From a virus, in the IMG/VR virus record IMGVR_UViG_3300031576_000022, positions 22,249-86,248 of that record: a stretch of 64,000 bases of DNA; one strand, given 5' to 3'. The notes under the pieces were generated by a model, which saw only the letters and a list, made by a program, of their open reading frames with translations, was not told where the DNA came from and searched no databases. The position numbers and the translations under genes were made by a program. This document shows positions 38,901 through 48,168 of the stretch, piece after piece (position 1 is the first letter of the stretch; the number at the start of each line of letters is the position of its first letter).

Positions 38901-39241
38901 CTTTGAGTATGATGGATTCTACACAGGATTCTATGATGTATGCCGGAAAGGTAATTATTGCTTTTATTCAGACATGTAATGCTCACGATCCAGGATCGTT
39001 TGTTGATACTGGCATCAAAGAATTACATAGAGATTTGAAAGATTCCAAGAGTGAAGCATTATCTTCTGAAAGAAAATTAGCACCATATAAACGTGCATGG
39101 AAAATTATAGATAGAATGAAGAGAAATGGATTAATTAAATCTGAAGGACATGGATCATATTCTATTACTGAAACATTTGCAAGGTCTGTTTCGATTATGG
39201 AAACTGATGCGCCTGTTATTTACAAGAAAATACTTGAATAG
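35924..39241 (+). CDS. Primase-helicase fusion: zinc finger + Toprim + MCM-like AAA+ helicase
   Basis: CPWC...HCEKC; Y..KRGI; VCGFFD, FD, DFND; IGDPATGKT, ATKPGL, GLDEI, IRRID; GGAGAGG RBS before ATG 35924. Confidence 0.8.
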   Translation: MDKIASDGVSVNYESRFSRVRDDVETLLARDPVGVIFSLLSCHISSIERPNGTLSIWGMTCPWCNGGGNKESSPLFLSSHGRKKLHCEKCGKSESIVFLFIEQHGLSLKSNIGLCSEKLANAAGVSSHDEYIKQRATGRFTDDFIIDMDDNPVQAQGRIFSPTGTMPQDKKNWIIRGIEFFLNRADLGELSKQESVAISYVMKRGISQNTIRSCKLFTSINSNKIMVVMPSYDCNKDLVGYQWFDYANVDKNGKAEYRACKNEFGSCRFPFGMEDCVGNNNPILMVCGFFDYLSAKEIGFDNVLSPFGTNMLSTDCSHIKDVVNGRSVSILFDRQIQELDQSLLVAESLRKVGAKVNILLWMKGKEGFDFNDFLLGCRKKNIENPREFIGSLIKDGMIRLIKHGKNIDIDQIIKDSGIEIGSYIMRGSWPASNIIVKNQEKQLSNIDISKNVHGRGKGASFEPDLEKAISGLSPMGEFHTLIMFTDIHSRFEMCTVLDVKRCALSDNCGCAVNNRLDISDGKYSSAFVNNTKMLPAIESINESFQFLCPNSKGWDKKEPKKILYKASTKSNTWSIIHARSLFSSSSKINMVTDISDIRTGIYEVYGYKSNHCGMTGSVFVIKEMKPYTIESVLQSMPHEESNSTEIDFFDGVSVILDSGMIGTPDMIFISTVCVWAFSPPVIPLIKDIGKDIINHRQPSLSIYAIGDPATGKTNTIREVSELAGHRCDPTDAKMATKPGLVISGADGSPGQMPRSIGRAMGLDEITDRKSVLEVIQLLVENRVSISMSGRNIDEVVPVRIALLSNANAERKKLHEFRTPMEAASDLIKEHLIRRIDMCVATISLSSEVDIDERNTNIYRKDININIDRNYLINLGKRCWRQNPKNIIVDDVAIEFLSDEKNIISKIDHIRTGNPMMYGDISQRIFRIACGIAGFSGSFSGENMIVKINHIMYAILLMNEMMDTMGASKEARFHMRTMDVEGAYKVLVDVCTEALSMMDSTQDSMMYAGKVIIAFIQTCNAHDPGSFVDTGIKELHRDLKDSKSEALSSERKLAPYKRAWKIIDRMKRNGLIKSEGHGSYSITETFARSVSIMETDAPVIYKKILE

Positions 39242-39270
39242 TTTTAATTGTTTTTTCCGTATTCCTGGTC

Positions 39271-39560
39271 AAATCCTTGAAATCCCGGTTAAGTCCCGTG
39301 GAGCTAAGTTCATATGGACAAACGATTTACGTTCCAAATCCCGAAATCCCGGGGTTCCCGAAAAAATGAAGCCGTCCATTTTGGGCGCGTACCTGATCCT
39401 ACCTATATATGTAATATTTTATTACAAATACAGTTACATACGTGGGTACCTATTTTTAATAAGGGAATTCGGGATTTCCGGGATTTGAAGGATTTTGCTG
39501 GCGCCTTTCGAAAAGCGTCAGCAAAATAGCACTATGTTATCCCGGGAACACCCGGGAACA
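39271..39560. repeat. Candidate replication origin: inverted AAATCCCG / CGGGATTT iterons around an AT-rich palindrome
   Basis: AAATCCCG at 39280, 39336, 39344; CGGGATTT at 39470, 39479; TGTAATA-TTT-TATTACA at 39410-39426; CCCGGGAACA twice. Confidence 0.6.
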
Positions 39561-40190
39561 CGATCAGCCCGAGAATTATTCATGAGATCCTATTGTAAAT
39601 TACACCAGGAAAAGTGCAGTATAATTAAGAATGAAAATCGTCAAGGGGATTACATGCTTGTATGTTTGTCATGTTTGCGAGAAGAAAATATTGCAAAAAG
39701 AAAATATGAAGAAATCTTAATTAATAAAATTGAAAAATCTACACCAATCAATTATGAAGAAATATATTCAAAAAATCAATCAATTAAAAGAAAAAGATAT
39801 CGTCGTGATAAAATTAGGAAGGGTACCGTTGAGTATTGTTTATATTCTATTTTTTCTAATGTGATCAGTAGATCAAAACTTACCGGAATTCCTACAGACA
39901 TTGATCATGAATATTTAAAAGAATTATTAAGAGTTCAAAACAATAAATGTGCAATAACAGGATTAGATTTAGAATTTGAGTCTGGTTCCATTAAAAATAA
40001 AAATAAAAGAAAAATCAGTCTTGATCGTATAGATTCTAGCAAATTTTATTTAAAGGACAATGTATGGTTCGTATGCTGGTTCGTTAATCAATTGAAAAAT
40101 AATCTATCAATTGATGATCTTATATTTTTTGCTAGGTGTGTAGTAAGAAAATTTGGTGAAAATAACGGAGATCAGTCTTATGTCCCGTAA
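39495..40190 (+). CDS. HNH-like (homing-type) endonuclease; true start probably downstream
   Basis: QNNKCAITG, ISLDRIDSSKFY..DNV..VC..VN..K. Confidence 0.8.
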   Translation: MLAPFEKRQQNSTMLSREHPGTRSARELFMRSYCKLHQEKCSIIKNENRQGDYMLVCLSCLREENIAKRKYEEILINKIEKSTPINYEEIYSKNQSIKRKRYRRDKIRKGTVEYCLYSIFSNVISRSKLTGIPTDIDHEYLKELLRVQNNKCAITGLDLEFESGSIKNKNKRKISLDRIDSSKFYLKDNVWFVCWFVNQLKNNLSIDDLIFFARCVVRKFGENNGDQSYVP

Positions 40191-40770
40191 CGATAGTTCC
40201 GATCTATTGATTAGTTATATAGCTGCTATAGGATCTATGTTAGTCGATGACGATCCGGTTCGGTCAGATGAAGCTATGGCTTGGATTTATACCTTACATG
40301 TCGTAGGCAAGCCCTGGATCGTTGGGGCGCTTGACGAAGGGGTTAGCGTTAGTGTAATGGTCAAGTCGATAGGGAGCTTGTCTAGGGCTATTCTTCGTCC
40401 ATCAGCAATTATAATCCATGAAAAGGATGCGACTTATTCTCATCTCGGGAATCTACTTCCCTACGGGGAATTATTGCGTGCAGTTTTAAGTAATTTCAAT
40501 GCATTAATAATTGCAAGCGAAGAAACTGCTAGTATATTTAGACGCGGTCCAGATCCTCAACCTTGGATTGTTGATTGGAATGATCCGCGAGGTAATCCAG
40601 TAAAATGTGCAATTGATGATGGTATTATTTCAAGAGAAAATTGTGAAGAAAAATTTAAAAAATATATTCATAATATGAAGCATAGCCCTATTAGCGAAGG
40701 AAAACGCAAGCAGTTCTTGATGGATGCATCTCGTGCCTGTCCGTTGACTATTGAAAAAAAAATCTATTGA
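40153..40770 (+). CDS. Hypothetical protein
   Basis: 205-aa ORF; GGAG RBS suggests start at the second Met. Confidence 0.55.
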   Translation: MVKITEISLMSRNDSSDLLISYIAAIGSMLVDDDPVRSDEAMAWIYTLHVVGKPWIVGALDEGVSVSVMVKSIGSLSRAILRPSAIIIHEKDATYSHLGNLLPYGELLRAVLSNFNALIIASEETASIFRRGPDPQPWIVDWNDPRGNPVKCAIDDGIISRENCEEKFKKYIHNMKHSPISEGKRKQFLMDASRACPLTIEKKIY

Positions 40771-40862
40771 AAATAAAAATTTGCACTTGTGAACTATTTT
40801 GAATCTGATACTGTTATTTTGTCCTGGCTCAAAGATGGCTTCAACAAAAGGAGGAAGCCTCA

Positions 40863-41039
40863 ATGAGCAACCCGATAGTGATTTCCATCCTGGTGCTTTC
40901 TGAAGCTGCTGTTGCCGGGATTCCTGGTTCATTCGATCGTCTGCGTAAGGTTTTTTGTACGATTTGTGTCGATGAAATGACACATGAATTGGTGCGCGAG
41001 ACGATTGGAGGCGATAGGTATCGTAAGCTTGTTGCTTAG
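40863..41039 (+). CDS. Small hypothetical protein (58 aa)
   Basis: AAGGAGG RBS; MSNPIVISILVLSEAAVAGIPGSFDRLRKVFCTICVDEMTHELVRETIGGDRYRKLVA; below the ORF-track cutoff. Confidence 0.65.
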   Translation: MSNPIVISILVLSEAAVAGIPGSFDRLRKVFCTICVDEMTHELVRETIGGDRYRKLVA

Positions 41040-41046
41040 GATTTAG

Positions 41047-41463
41047 GTGTTTGTTGTGATGAAAACCAAGAATAGGTTGCGCGATCATTCCCATGGAAGG
41101 CGTGATAGAAGGTGTGATAGAAGGTGTGATAGAAGGCGTGGTCGCGTCGCTTCTACTTTGGATTTATGCGCTGCACAATATGGATTGGATAGTTTGATGG
41201 AAAACAGGCCTATTGTTTCTCTTGCTCCTGCTCCAATAAAAATTCATGAAAATCATAAGATAAGAATTGTTGAACAAAAAAATCCTAATTGGTTTAGAGA
41301 TTTATGTAGTTCTAAAGATTATCAATCATCTATTAGAAAACGAATTATTCGATTATTGAATTTAGTAAAAGAAAGATCCTATGTTCCACCCGGACCATGG
41401 AATATGACGGAACAAGCCTTATCGCTCATTCTTGAAGAGATGCAAAATTTATTTTTGATTTGA
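41047..41463 (+). CDS. Basic hypothetical protein containing a 12-bp tandem repeat
   Basis: GAAGGYGTGATA about 3.5 times at 41096-41140, encoding RRDRRCDRRCDRRR. Confidence 0.5.
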   Translation: MFVVMKTKNRLRDHSHGRRDRRCDRRCDRRRGRVASTLDLCAAQYGLDSLMENRPIVSLAPAPIKIHENHKIRIVEQKNPNWFRDLCSSKDYQSSIRKRIIRLLNLVKERSYVPPGPWNMTEQALSLILEEMQNLFLI

Positions 41464-41494
41464 AAGAAATAGATTTAGATGGTTATATAAAGAT

Positions 41495-42373
41495 ATGACT
41501 TTTCAATATTATAAAATTGGCGACCGCTTCGAGGCGCGTCGTGGTGATCAAACATTTACTGTTCTAGTTGCAGATATTTCTGCATATCAACGTGAAGTTG
41601 AGGGTCCGGCATTATGCTGGGTAAATCCTCCATTTCGAACGGGAAGCCTGTGTGAGTTTCAGCGTCAAGCGGCTCAAACCACACATGGAATTCGATTTGT
41701 TACTATTGATTTGATTTATCGTCAGATTGCGTCTATGTTGCATAATGACGATGAATTTGTTTGGATGATGCCACCAAATGACGAAATTGAGGACTTCTTT
41801 TCATCTTTAGGAATTTCAAAACAGGTTGTTTGGAGAAAAAATATAGCAAAAAATACTGCACATTTAGTTTATTCAATTGGTTTAGAGGGTAAAATTAATG
41901 TTTCTTCAGTTTCATTATCTAGAATAATGACAAACGATACCAATCACAGTTTCTTGACATTATTTCCAAATGGTATTACTGGATTTAAGAATATTTTTGA
42001 TCCATGTGCCGGATCAAATCCATTGCTTTCTTATGCATTTCGTCTTGGTATGGGATATTTTGGTGTTGAATTGAACAGTTTTAAGGCATTAAATATTCCA
42101 TTACTAAAAAAATTGATTAGAAAATATAACGCAGAAATTACAATAATTCCTGATGCAATGAATTATGCTCCGAATGGTGAAATAATTGATGCGCCTCAGA
42201 CCGAAAAATATAAACCAGAAGATCAACAGCGAAACTTTCGCGAAGGGCGATTGATTTCTAATATATCAATTCCTAGAGAAACAGGAGGTATTGTTGATAA
42301 AAACAATTTAATTTATTTAAATGATAAAATGTCAAGAAAAAATGCGCTTAAAAATAGGTTTCGTGGACAGTGA
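41495..42373 (+). CDS. DNA methyltransferase-like protein (N4/N6, beta order)
   Basis: WVNPPF catalytic motif; IFDPCAGS...GVELN SAM-binding motif. Confidence 0.7.
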   Translation: MTFQYYKIGDRFEARRGDQTFTVLVADISAYQREVEGPALCWVNPPFRTGSLCEFQRQAAQTTHGIRFVTIDLIYRQIASMLHNDDEFVWMMPPNDEIEDFFSSLGISKQVVWRKNIAKNTAHLVYSIGLEGKINVSSVSLSRIMTNDTNHSFLTLFPNGITGFKNIFDPCAGSNPLLSYAFRLGMGYFGVELNSFKALNIPLLKKLIRKYNAEITIIPDAMNYAPNGEIIDAPQTEKYKPEDQQRNFREGRLISNISIPRETGGIVDKNNLIYLNDKMSRKNALKNRFRGQ

Positions 42374-42391
42374 TTCGGTCCCTTCTCCTAC

Positions 42392-43108
42392 TTGGCCTAT
42401 AAAAACAAAAAAAGAGGAAAAATGGTAAACCAGACAAATCAATCAAATAAAACGACAAAAGTTCCTCATCCTGCTAGAGATGCAAACAAGCTTGCTGGTG
42501 CATTTCAGTGTGCATGGGATGGTTGTGGAAAATCTATAGATGATGGTCCGTTGATTGAATTTGTTGTGTGCTGTGGAAGGAACAGAAAAACTCGAATTTG
42601 GACATGTGTTGAACATATTTTGGGTATTGAAGCTTTAAAGGTTCCTGCGATTGCTGATAATGTTCGTAGTTCTGCTCATCATCGAAGAATTGATGAGAAT
42701 AGGCGTATTGCAGGTCGTAATGCAATACTTGCTAGTAGATTTACCAATAAATCCTCTGTAGATATTATTAGTAACAAGGATCATGATTTTGTAAAAGATG
42801 AAACTCATACTGAACAACGCAGAAAATCTTCTCATGATTCTTTTGTTCCAGCAAATACTCTTGTTGCCCGGCTTGGAATTCCTAGTGTAGCGATTGCTGA
42901 ACTTGTTAAAAATATGAATATTGTTATGGTTAATCATAATGGTATTCAATCTGTCAAGACTGAAGATTTTGATTTATTGAGTGGAGAGGTACGTAGAAGG
43001 ACAATCGAAAACCGCATGGCTGAAAAGAATTCGAATAGTAGCTTCGATATTTCCGATAATGAAGGTCAATCTGATAGTGATGAAAATATTGAAATTGATA
43101 GTCAATAA
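42392..43108 (+). CDS. Hypothetical protein with Cys/His cluster
   Basis: C....C...CC...C..H; GAGG RBS before Met at 42422. Confidence 0.55.
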   Translation: MAYKNKKRGKMVNQTNQSNKTTKVPHPARDANKLAGAFQCAWDGCGKSIDDGPLIEFVVCCGRNRKTRIWTCVEHILGIEALKVPAIADNVRSSAHHRRIDENRRIAGRNAILASRFTNKSSVDIISNKDHDFVKDETHTEQRRKSSHDSFVPANTLVARLGIPSVAIAELVKNMNIVMVNHNGIQSVKTEDFDLLSGEVRRRTIENRMAEKNSNSSFDISDNEGQSDSDENIEIDSQ

Positions 43109-43129
43109 CTAAAAAAAATAGAATTATCT

Positions 43130-43747
43130 GTGTCGATTAATTTTATTACTGGTTTGCCATGTTCTGGGCTTGGGTTGATTGAATTAGCATTGAATAGGAG
43201 CGGGGTTTTACAGGTAAAGGATTGGATTGAAGGACCAATAAAAAATTCAAAAGATTTTACTTATAATGATAATACGATTTATTTTGTTACCAAGAATATT
43301 AATTGGTTAAAAAATTTTATTGAAAAATCTGTAATTATTATTCGTTGTCCAATTACATCATTATTGTGTATTTTTGAAAGATATTACGAAAGGCTTGGTC
43401 GCGAATTAACGGATGATGAAGTTGAGTTTCATTCAAAAGTTTTTATAAACAAATTGATATTTATTAATAGTTTAATTGAAAATGGAATGAATTATTTTAT
43501 AATAAAAGATGATGAAAAATTGTTAGAAAGGATGAAAGGTTTTATTGATGTGATTTTTGTTAGGAATAAAATTAATAGAGAATTATTGGTGGTTGAATCA
43601 ATAAAAGAGAGTGATTTAATTTTATTTTATAAATCTTCAGAAAGAAACTTTTATACTGATTTAAGTTTTTTATCTCGTAGTAATAGAGAGCAAATTAATA
43701 GGATAGGTACGATTTATGGAAAACTTGAGATCGAATTAGAAATTTAG
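43130..43747 (+). CDS. Degenerate sulfotransferase-like protein
   Basis: FITGLPCSGLGLI (compare FITGLPRSGTTLL) and IIIRCPITSL (compare IIRDP..S). Confidence 0.45.
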   Translation: MSINFITGLPCSGLGLIELALNRSGVLQVKDWIEGPIKNSKDFTYNDNTIYFVTKNINWLKNFIEKSVIIIRCPITSLLCIFERYYERLGRELTDDEVEFHSKVFINKLIFINSLIENGMNYFIIKDDEKLLERMKGFIDVIFVRNKINRELLVVESIKESDLILFYKSSERNFYTDLSFLSRSNREQINRIGTIYGKLEIELEI

Positions 43748-43846
43748 TTGTCAGCAGTTTTTTTTTATTTGAATGATATTCTTTGAGAGAATAGATATAG
43801 ATTGTATGGATCAAAAGCGATTTGTTGGCAATGGTAGAGGGAAATC

Positions 43847-44161
43847 ATGAATGAAATATCGTGGGGATTATCTGGTGTTGTTGTATCACTTGCTGGTGTG
43901 ATCGGTTATCTTGCATTACATATTAGAGATTTAAATAAATCAAATGATGAAGCAAGGAAGGAACAGGTTAAACAGGCAGAAATGCATTCAAAGGAAAAAG
44001 ATAAGATCTATTCATTATGGATGGCTAATGAATCTTCTATAAGAAATGAATGCAAGCAAGAGTTAAAAGTTTTACTTGATAAAGATCAAGATTTACTTTT
44101 GAAGGTAACAATGACATTAAAGAGTCTTTTGGGAGATAGGGAGATTGAAAATGATACCTAA
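43847..44161 (+). CDS. Membrane-anchored coiled-coil protein, holin-like
   Basis: N-terminal transmembrane segment WGLSGVVVSLAGVIGYLAL, then a charged coiled coil. Confidence 0.5.
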   Translation: MNEISWGLSGVVVSLAGVIGYLALHIRDLNKSNDEARKEQVKQAEMHSKEKDKIYSLWMANESSIRNECKQELKVLLDKDQDLLLKVTMTLKSLLGDREIENDT

Positions 44162-44417
44162 TAATAGTATTGATCATACGGAAAGCAGTGATCAGTTAAA
44201 AGCGCATGTCAATGTTCTTCATGAACAGGCTAATCATCAAATAGATAGATTGGTTATGTGTGGTAAGCGGATCATTTCTAATAGTGGTGATTGTGCAAAA
44301 AATACAATAAAGGACCTGCTTGGAGATATTTCTAGTCATCGGGTCGAAACAGATAGAATAAGAAAGGCAATGCAAAATGATATTAATCAATTACTAGATG
44401 ATGATAGTCATGTATAA
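44145..44417 (+). CDS. Hypothetical protein
   Basis: Coupled to the upstream gene. Confidence 0.45.
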   Translation: MKMIPNNSIDHTESSDQLKAHVNVLHEQANHQIDRLVMCGKRIISNSGDCAKNTIKDLLGDISSHRVETDRIRKAMQNDINQLLDDDSHV

Positions 44418-44533
44418 TATTTTTTGTAGTTTAGTTAATAATAAGATTATTCATCGTTTTGTGTTAATAAAGCCAACACAAAAGCTATTAATGAAAGTCC
44501 AATAATTATTATATATAATAGTTTTATCATTAT

Positions 44534-46534
44534 TTATGGTTTTATTATTTTTTTAACACCATTTACACCATGAGATTGTATTTGAGCAACCAAATCTCTT
44601 CTAATAACATTTGACATATTTTTTGGAACCTGAATTGATTCGCGTAAAAATTTTTCTAAACATAATGTAAATTTTATATCGATCATTAGTTCGTTTAATG
44701 GTTTATCAAAATTTACTTCTTTCCCGAAACATTTTTCAATACTTTCACATGCTGCTTGCACTGTAGCGAATCTAGCACGACCAATACGAAGGCCGGATAT
44801 AATATGCGTGCATGTCATTATATTTGGTTCTTCTGGAATTTGATGGATAGCTAATCCATCTAATCCACTGTGGAATGATGCAAGGTTTCGTATGTAAGGA
44901 CGACCATCCCTTCCGGCAATACTTAGCAATGGTCCGGGTGTACCTGCGCGAGCAGCCATTCTTCAAGGCTCCATTTTTCTCCAGTGTTCATATTGAAGGT
45001 AATACTATCACCTTCTGTAAATAATCTACCACCACTACCAAAAATAGTTAATTGGTATTTACCATTTTTATATGATCTTTTTTCTATTAATTTATTTTCA
45101 TTTATCTCAATTCTACCATTTTTTAGTCCACTAGCCCATCTTATTTGAGCGGTTTCTTTTCCAGATTTTACTATAGTTCTTGTTAGGACGGTTTCTCCAT
45201 GTTTGTTTGTGTAATTAATAATTATTGAATTTACTCTAGTTAAAAAATTTTTAATACTGATTGGAAAAATAGGATCATTTTTAATTAGAGGAAATAATTG
45301 GAGACCTTCTTCCCTACTGGGCTCTAAATAATTATCTGAACCTTCGGTTAATGATTGCGCAAGAGATGTTGCAAGTGATGGTTGTTTATTTTGATTTTTT
45401 TTAGTTAATGATTCAGCTAGTGTTAGTTTTGTTGGTTTTTTTGTTGAATCATTATTATGATCATTAATTGTGGTAATGAATTTCACTCCTTTCATATGTT
45501 GTTTTTACTTGATTAATATTTGATCCGAATCCTGGTCTTTTTTGTTTGATACATTGATTCATAATTATATATAATTTTTTGTATACATCTATATATGATT
45601 CGCATTTGCTGATTTTATTAACTGTTTTATTCATAGCTGAAAACAATTCTTTAGATATCTTAAGAATTGTTTTGTTTTCTGGATAGTTATCTGAGTATAA
45701 TTCTAATGTATTTATTTCGATTGTACGAAGCAATTCGGCAATATCATGCATTCTTTGTTCATTGAATTTATTTGGATATTTAATAATAAATAATGATTGG
45801 TCAGTTATTTGATATGCTTTGTTGTGATTATTGTTGTGATTATTCATTTTTATTAACCAGAAATAAAACCATTCTATATAATGTATCATATACGTCGTTA
45901 TCTGTCAAGTTTGGAGAATTCGAAACATCTATGCATAGATCCTGGAATAGTTCTTGAGAATTATAGTAAGAAGAAAGTATTTTACTAATAATAAATCGTG
46001 GATTGGGAGCGGGAGTACATGAAGTGCATATCCATGAATCAAACTGTTTTGTTAGTTCAGGTCTTCCGATAAAAATATATGGTGTTTGACACCAACGACA
46101 CAAAGCGATACTTTCTTTATATGGATCAATTTTATTTTGTGGAAATTTCCATGGAATATTATTTGATATTAGAAATTCGACAAAGTTATCCATACATGAT
46201 CTTGTTTTGATTTTTAGATCATGAATGAGGTGATTAATTTCTTGGTTTTTATTCATTACTTCATTGTGAATGGGTATTCGTTATTTATAAAGTTTTGTCT
46301 TATTTTTTGAGTATTTTCGTCTGTTAATGAAATTAGCAGACGAGACAATCCTTCTCTACATTTTAAGCATCTTGTCGATTGCATTTTTTCTGTAGATTCT
46401 ATAAATGGATTTATATATGGAATTGAAGCTTCGAATTCAATTCCACATTTTGCACGAAATATAATTGTATCATATGATGTTGATATCGATACTATCATAT
46501 GATTGTAAAATTCGGCTGATGTGTCTTTTAGCAT
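44534..46534 (-). other. Five tightly packed hypothetical genes (44534..44959, 44923..45495, 45464..45889, 45840..46256, 46256..46534)
   Basis: Overlapping start/stop packing on the - strand; 45840..46256 has two CxxC pairs. Confidence 0.55.
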
Positions 46535-46536
46535 GT

Positions 46537-47817
46537 TTAATTCCTAACTGTAATTGGCTCACAAACAGAATTGAACAGTTTTTGTTTACCAGAAAGTAGT
46601 GCTCCAAGCCTATTGTCAAGTGGATGATCAAAGCAAACAAATCTGTAGTGAACTGATTCACTTGTTTGTCCTATACGGCACGTCCTGTCTTCCATTTGTA
46701 GGTTCAATGCTAGATTATAATGCAGGTCATTTATAATAGTTTCATTGGCTGATTGTAAATTAATTCCACATGATCCTGCTCCGATTGTTGCAGCAAGTCC
46801 GATGAGCTTGTTTTCTTTTAATCCATCAGCGGATTTTTGTCTTTTTGTTGTACTTATACTTCCTTCAATAATACCCCATTTATCTTGTAAACCAAAATGC
46901 CTGACAGGTTTTTTGTGTGCAGAATAAACCAAAACTTGTTTTCCGCATTCCAAAATTGAATCCACTAAAGATTGTGTATGTGGAATTTTTTCTACACTCA
47001 TATCATGTCGAGCGCGGGATAGTTCTGCTAGTGGAGGCAGTGTACCGTTTGCTATTGGTCCATTCATTGCTTCAAAAGCTTCGAGGGATGATAGTCCGCT
47101 ATTCATTACAGCATTAAGTGATCCAGTCCATGTATCGATTCTATGGACAGAGTAGACCTTTTTTGGCATATCTTCCATAACGTCTTTTTTCATGCGTCGA
47201 AGCATGATTTGAGAAAGTTTATCAGTAAATTCTTTTGTAATAGTTGGATTACGTATATCACCACGTTTACCGATTTTAGTATTTAGAATATCTGTAAATC
47301 CTTTTTTGCCACCAAAGTGATCGGTAAGTCCGATTAAATCGATAATATTAAAAATATCGTTTATTCTATTACAAATTGGTGTGCCTGTCATTGCAATGAC
47401 TTGCGAATCAATTCCAGCACGACGAAGTACATATTTCATATTCAAATATTTTTGTGGTCTATTGTTTCTATAGAAATGAGCCTCATCTATAATAATAGTA
47501 ATTGGTGATTGAGGCTCAAAACAAAAATCAGGAATAAGTTCGTAATTACAAATCACAGCTTCTCCGGGATTTGCCCATACAAAACTGTAAAGACCTTTAC
47601 ATACAATTGGCTTTAGATTTGTCCATGCAAGAACTTCGTTTGCCCAGTTGAGTTTAGTAGATGCAGTTGTAATAATGTTTACCGACTCGTGATGGCGAGC
47701 AAGCAAAGATTGTGCAGATTTTCCGAGTCCGCAATCGTCCGCGAGAATACATTTGCTTTTTGATTTAATCCAATCAATTCCTGTTTTTTGATATGGATAA
47801 AGTTCATGAGATTTCAT
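46537..47817 (-). CDS. SNF2-family (HARP-like) helicase
   Basis: LYPYQ, ILADDCGLGKS, IDEAH, MTGTP, GINLQSA, QMEDRTCRIGQ. Confidence 0.92.
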   Translation of the reverse strand: MKSHELYPYQKTGIDWIKSKSKCILADDCGLGKSAQSLLARHHESVNIITTASTKLNWANEVLAWTNLKPIVCKGLYSFVWANPGEAVICNYELIPDFCFEPQSPITIIIDEAHFYRNNRPQKYLNMKYVLRRAGIDSQVIAMTGTPICNRINDIFNIIDLIGLTDHFGGKKGFTDILNTKIGKRGDIRNPTITKEFTDKLSQIMLRRMKKDVMEDMPKKVYSVHRIDTWTGSLNAVMNSGLSSLEAFEAMNGPIANGTLPPLAELSRARHDMSVEKIPHTQSLVDSILECGKQVLVYSAHKKPVRHFGLQDKWGIIEGSISTTKRQKSADGLKENKLIGLAATIGAGSCGINLQSANETIINDLHYNLALNLQMEDRTCRIGQTSESVHYRFVCFDHPLDNRLGALLSGKQKLFNSVCEPITVRN

Positions 47818-47835
47818 TAATAAACTCCGTAAGCT

Positions 47836-48060
47836 TTATGCTTTATGTAATTTTTCTTGATTTTCTTTTGAGAACATTGTATTGATATTTGGCCGTTCTG
47901 CCGCACGCCATTCATTTTCATCCAACCATTCATTTAATGCTCGCGAACAAATAGCACTAATATTTATATTAAAGTCTATTGATTTTAGTTTAAGAATTCT
48001 TTCCCAAACAAACGGATCTATACAAATGTTTGTTCGTACATGTCTTTTTTCTTTTGACAT
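47836..48060 (-). CDS. Ribbon-helix-helix regulator (CcdA-like)
   Basis: RTNICID...W....K.....NISAICSRALNE. Confidence 0.6.
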   Translation of the reverse strand: MSKEKRHVRTNICIDPFVWERILKLKSIDFNINISAICSRALNEWLDENEWRAAERPNINTMFSKENQEKLHKA

Positions 48061-48168
48061 TTTATTTATCCTTAAATAATTGTAGGAGAATGATTATCAT
48101 ATTTGCCAGTGTTAATGACAATCGATAACCATTCTCCTACGGAGAATCTATTTCTGAAAATTTACTTT

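Noticed and set aside
5942-43844. CCCTAC motif explained purely as a Shine-Dalgarno sequence
   Set aside because: It fits only a few copies (before starts at 5956, 20899, 29924, 43847); most copies are intragenic or antisense to the local genes.
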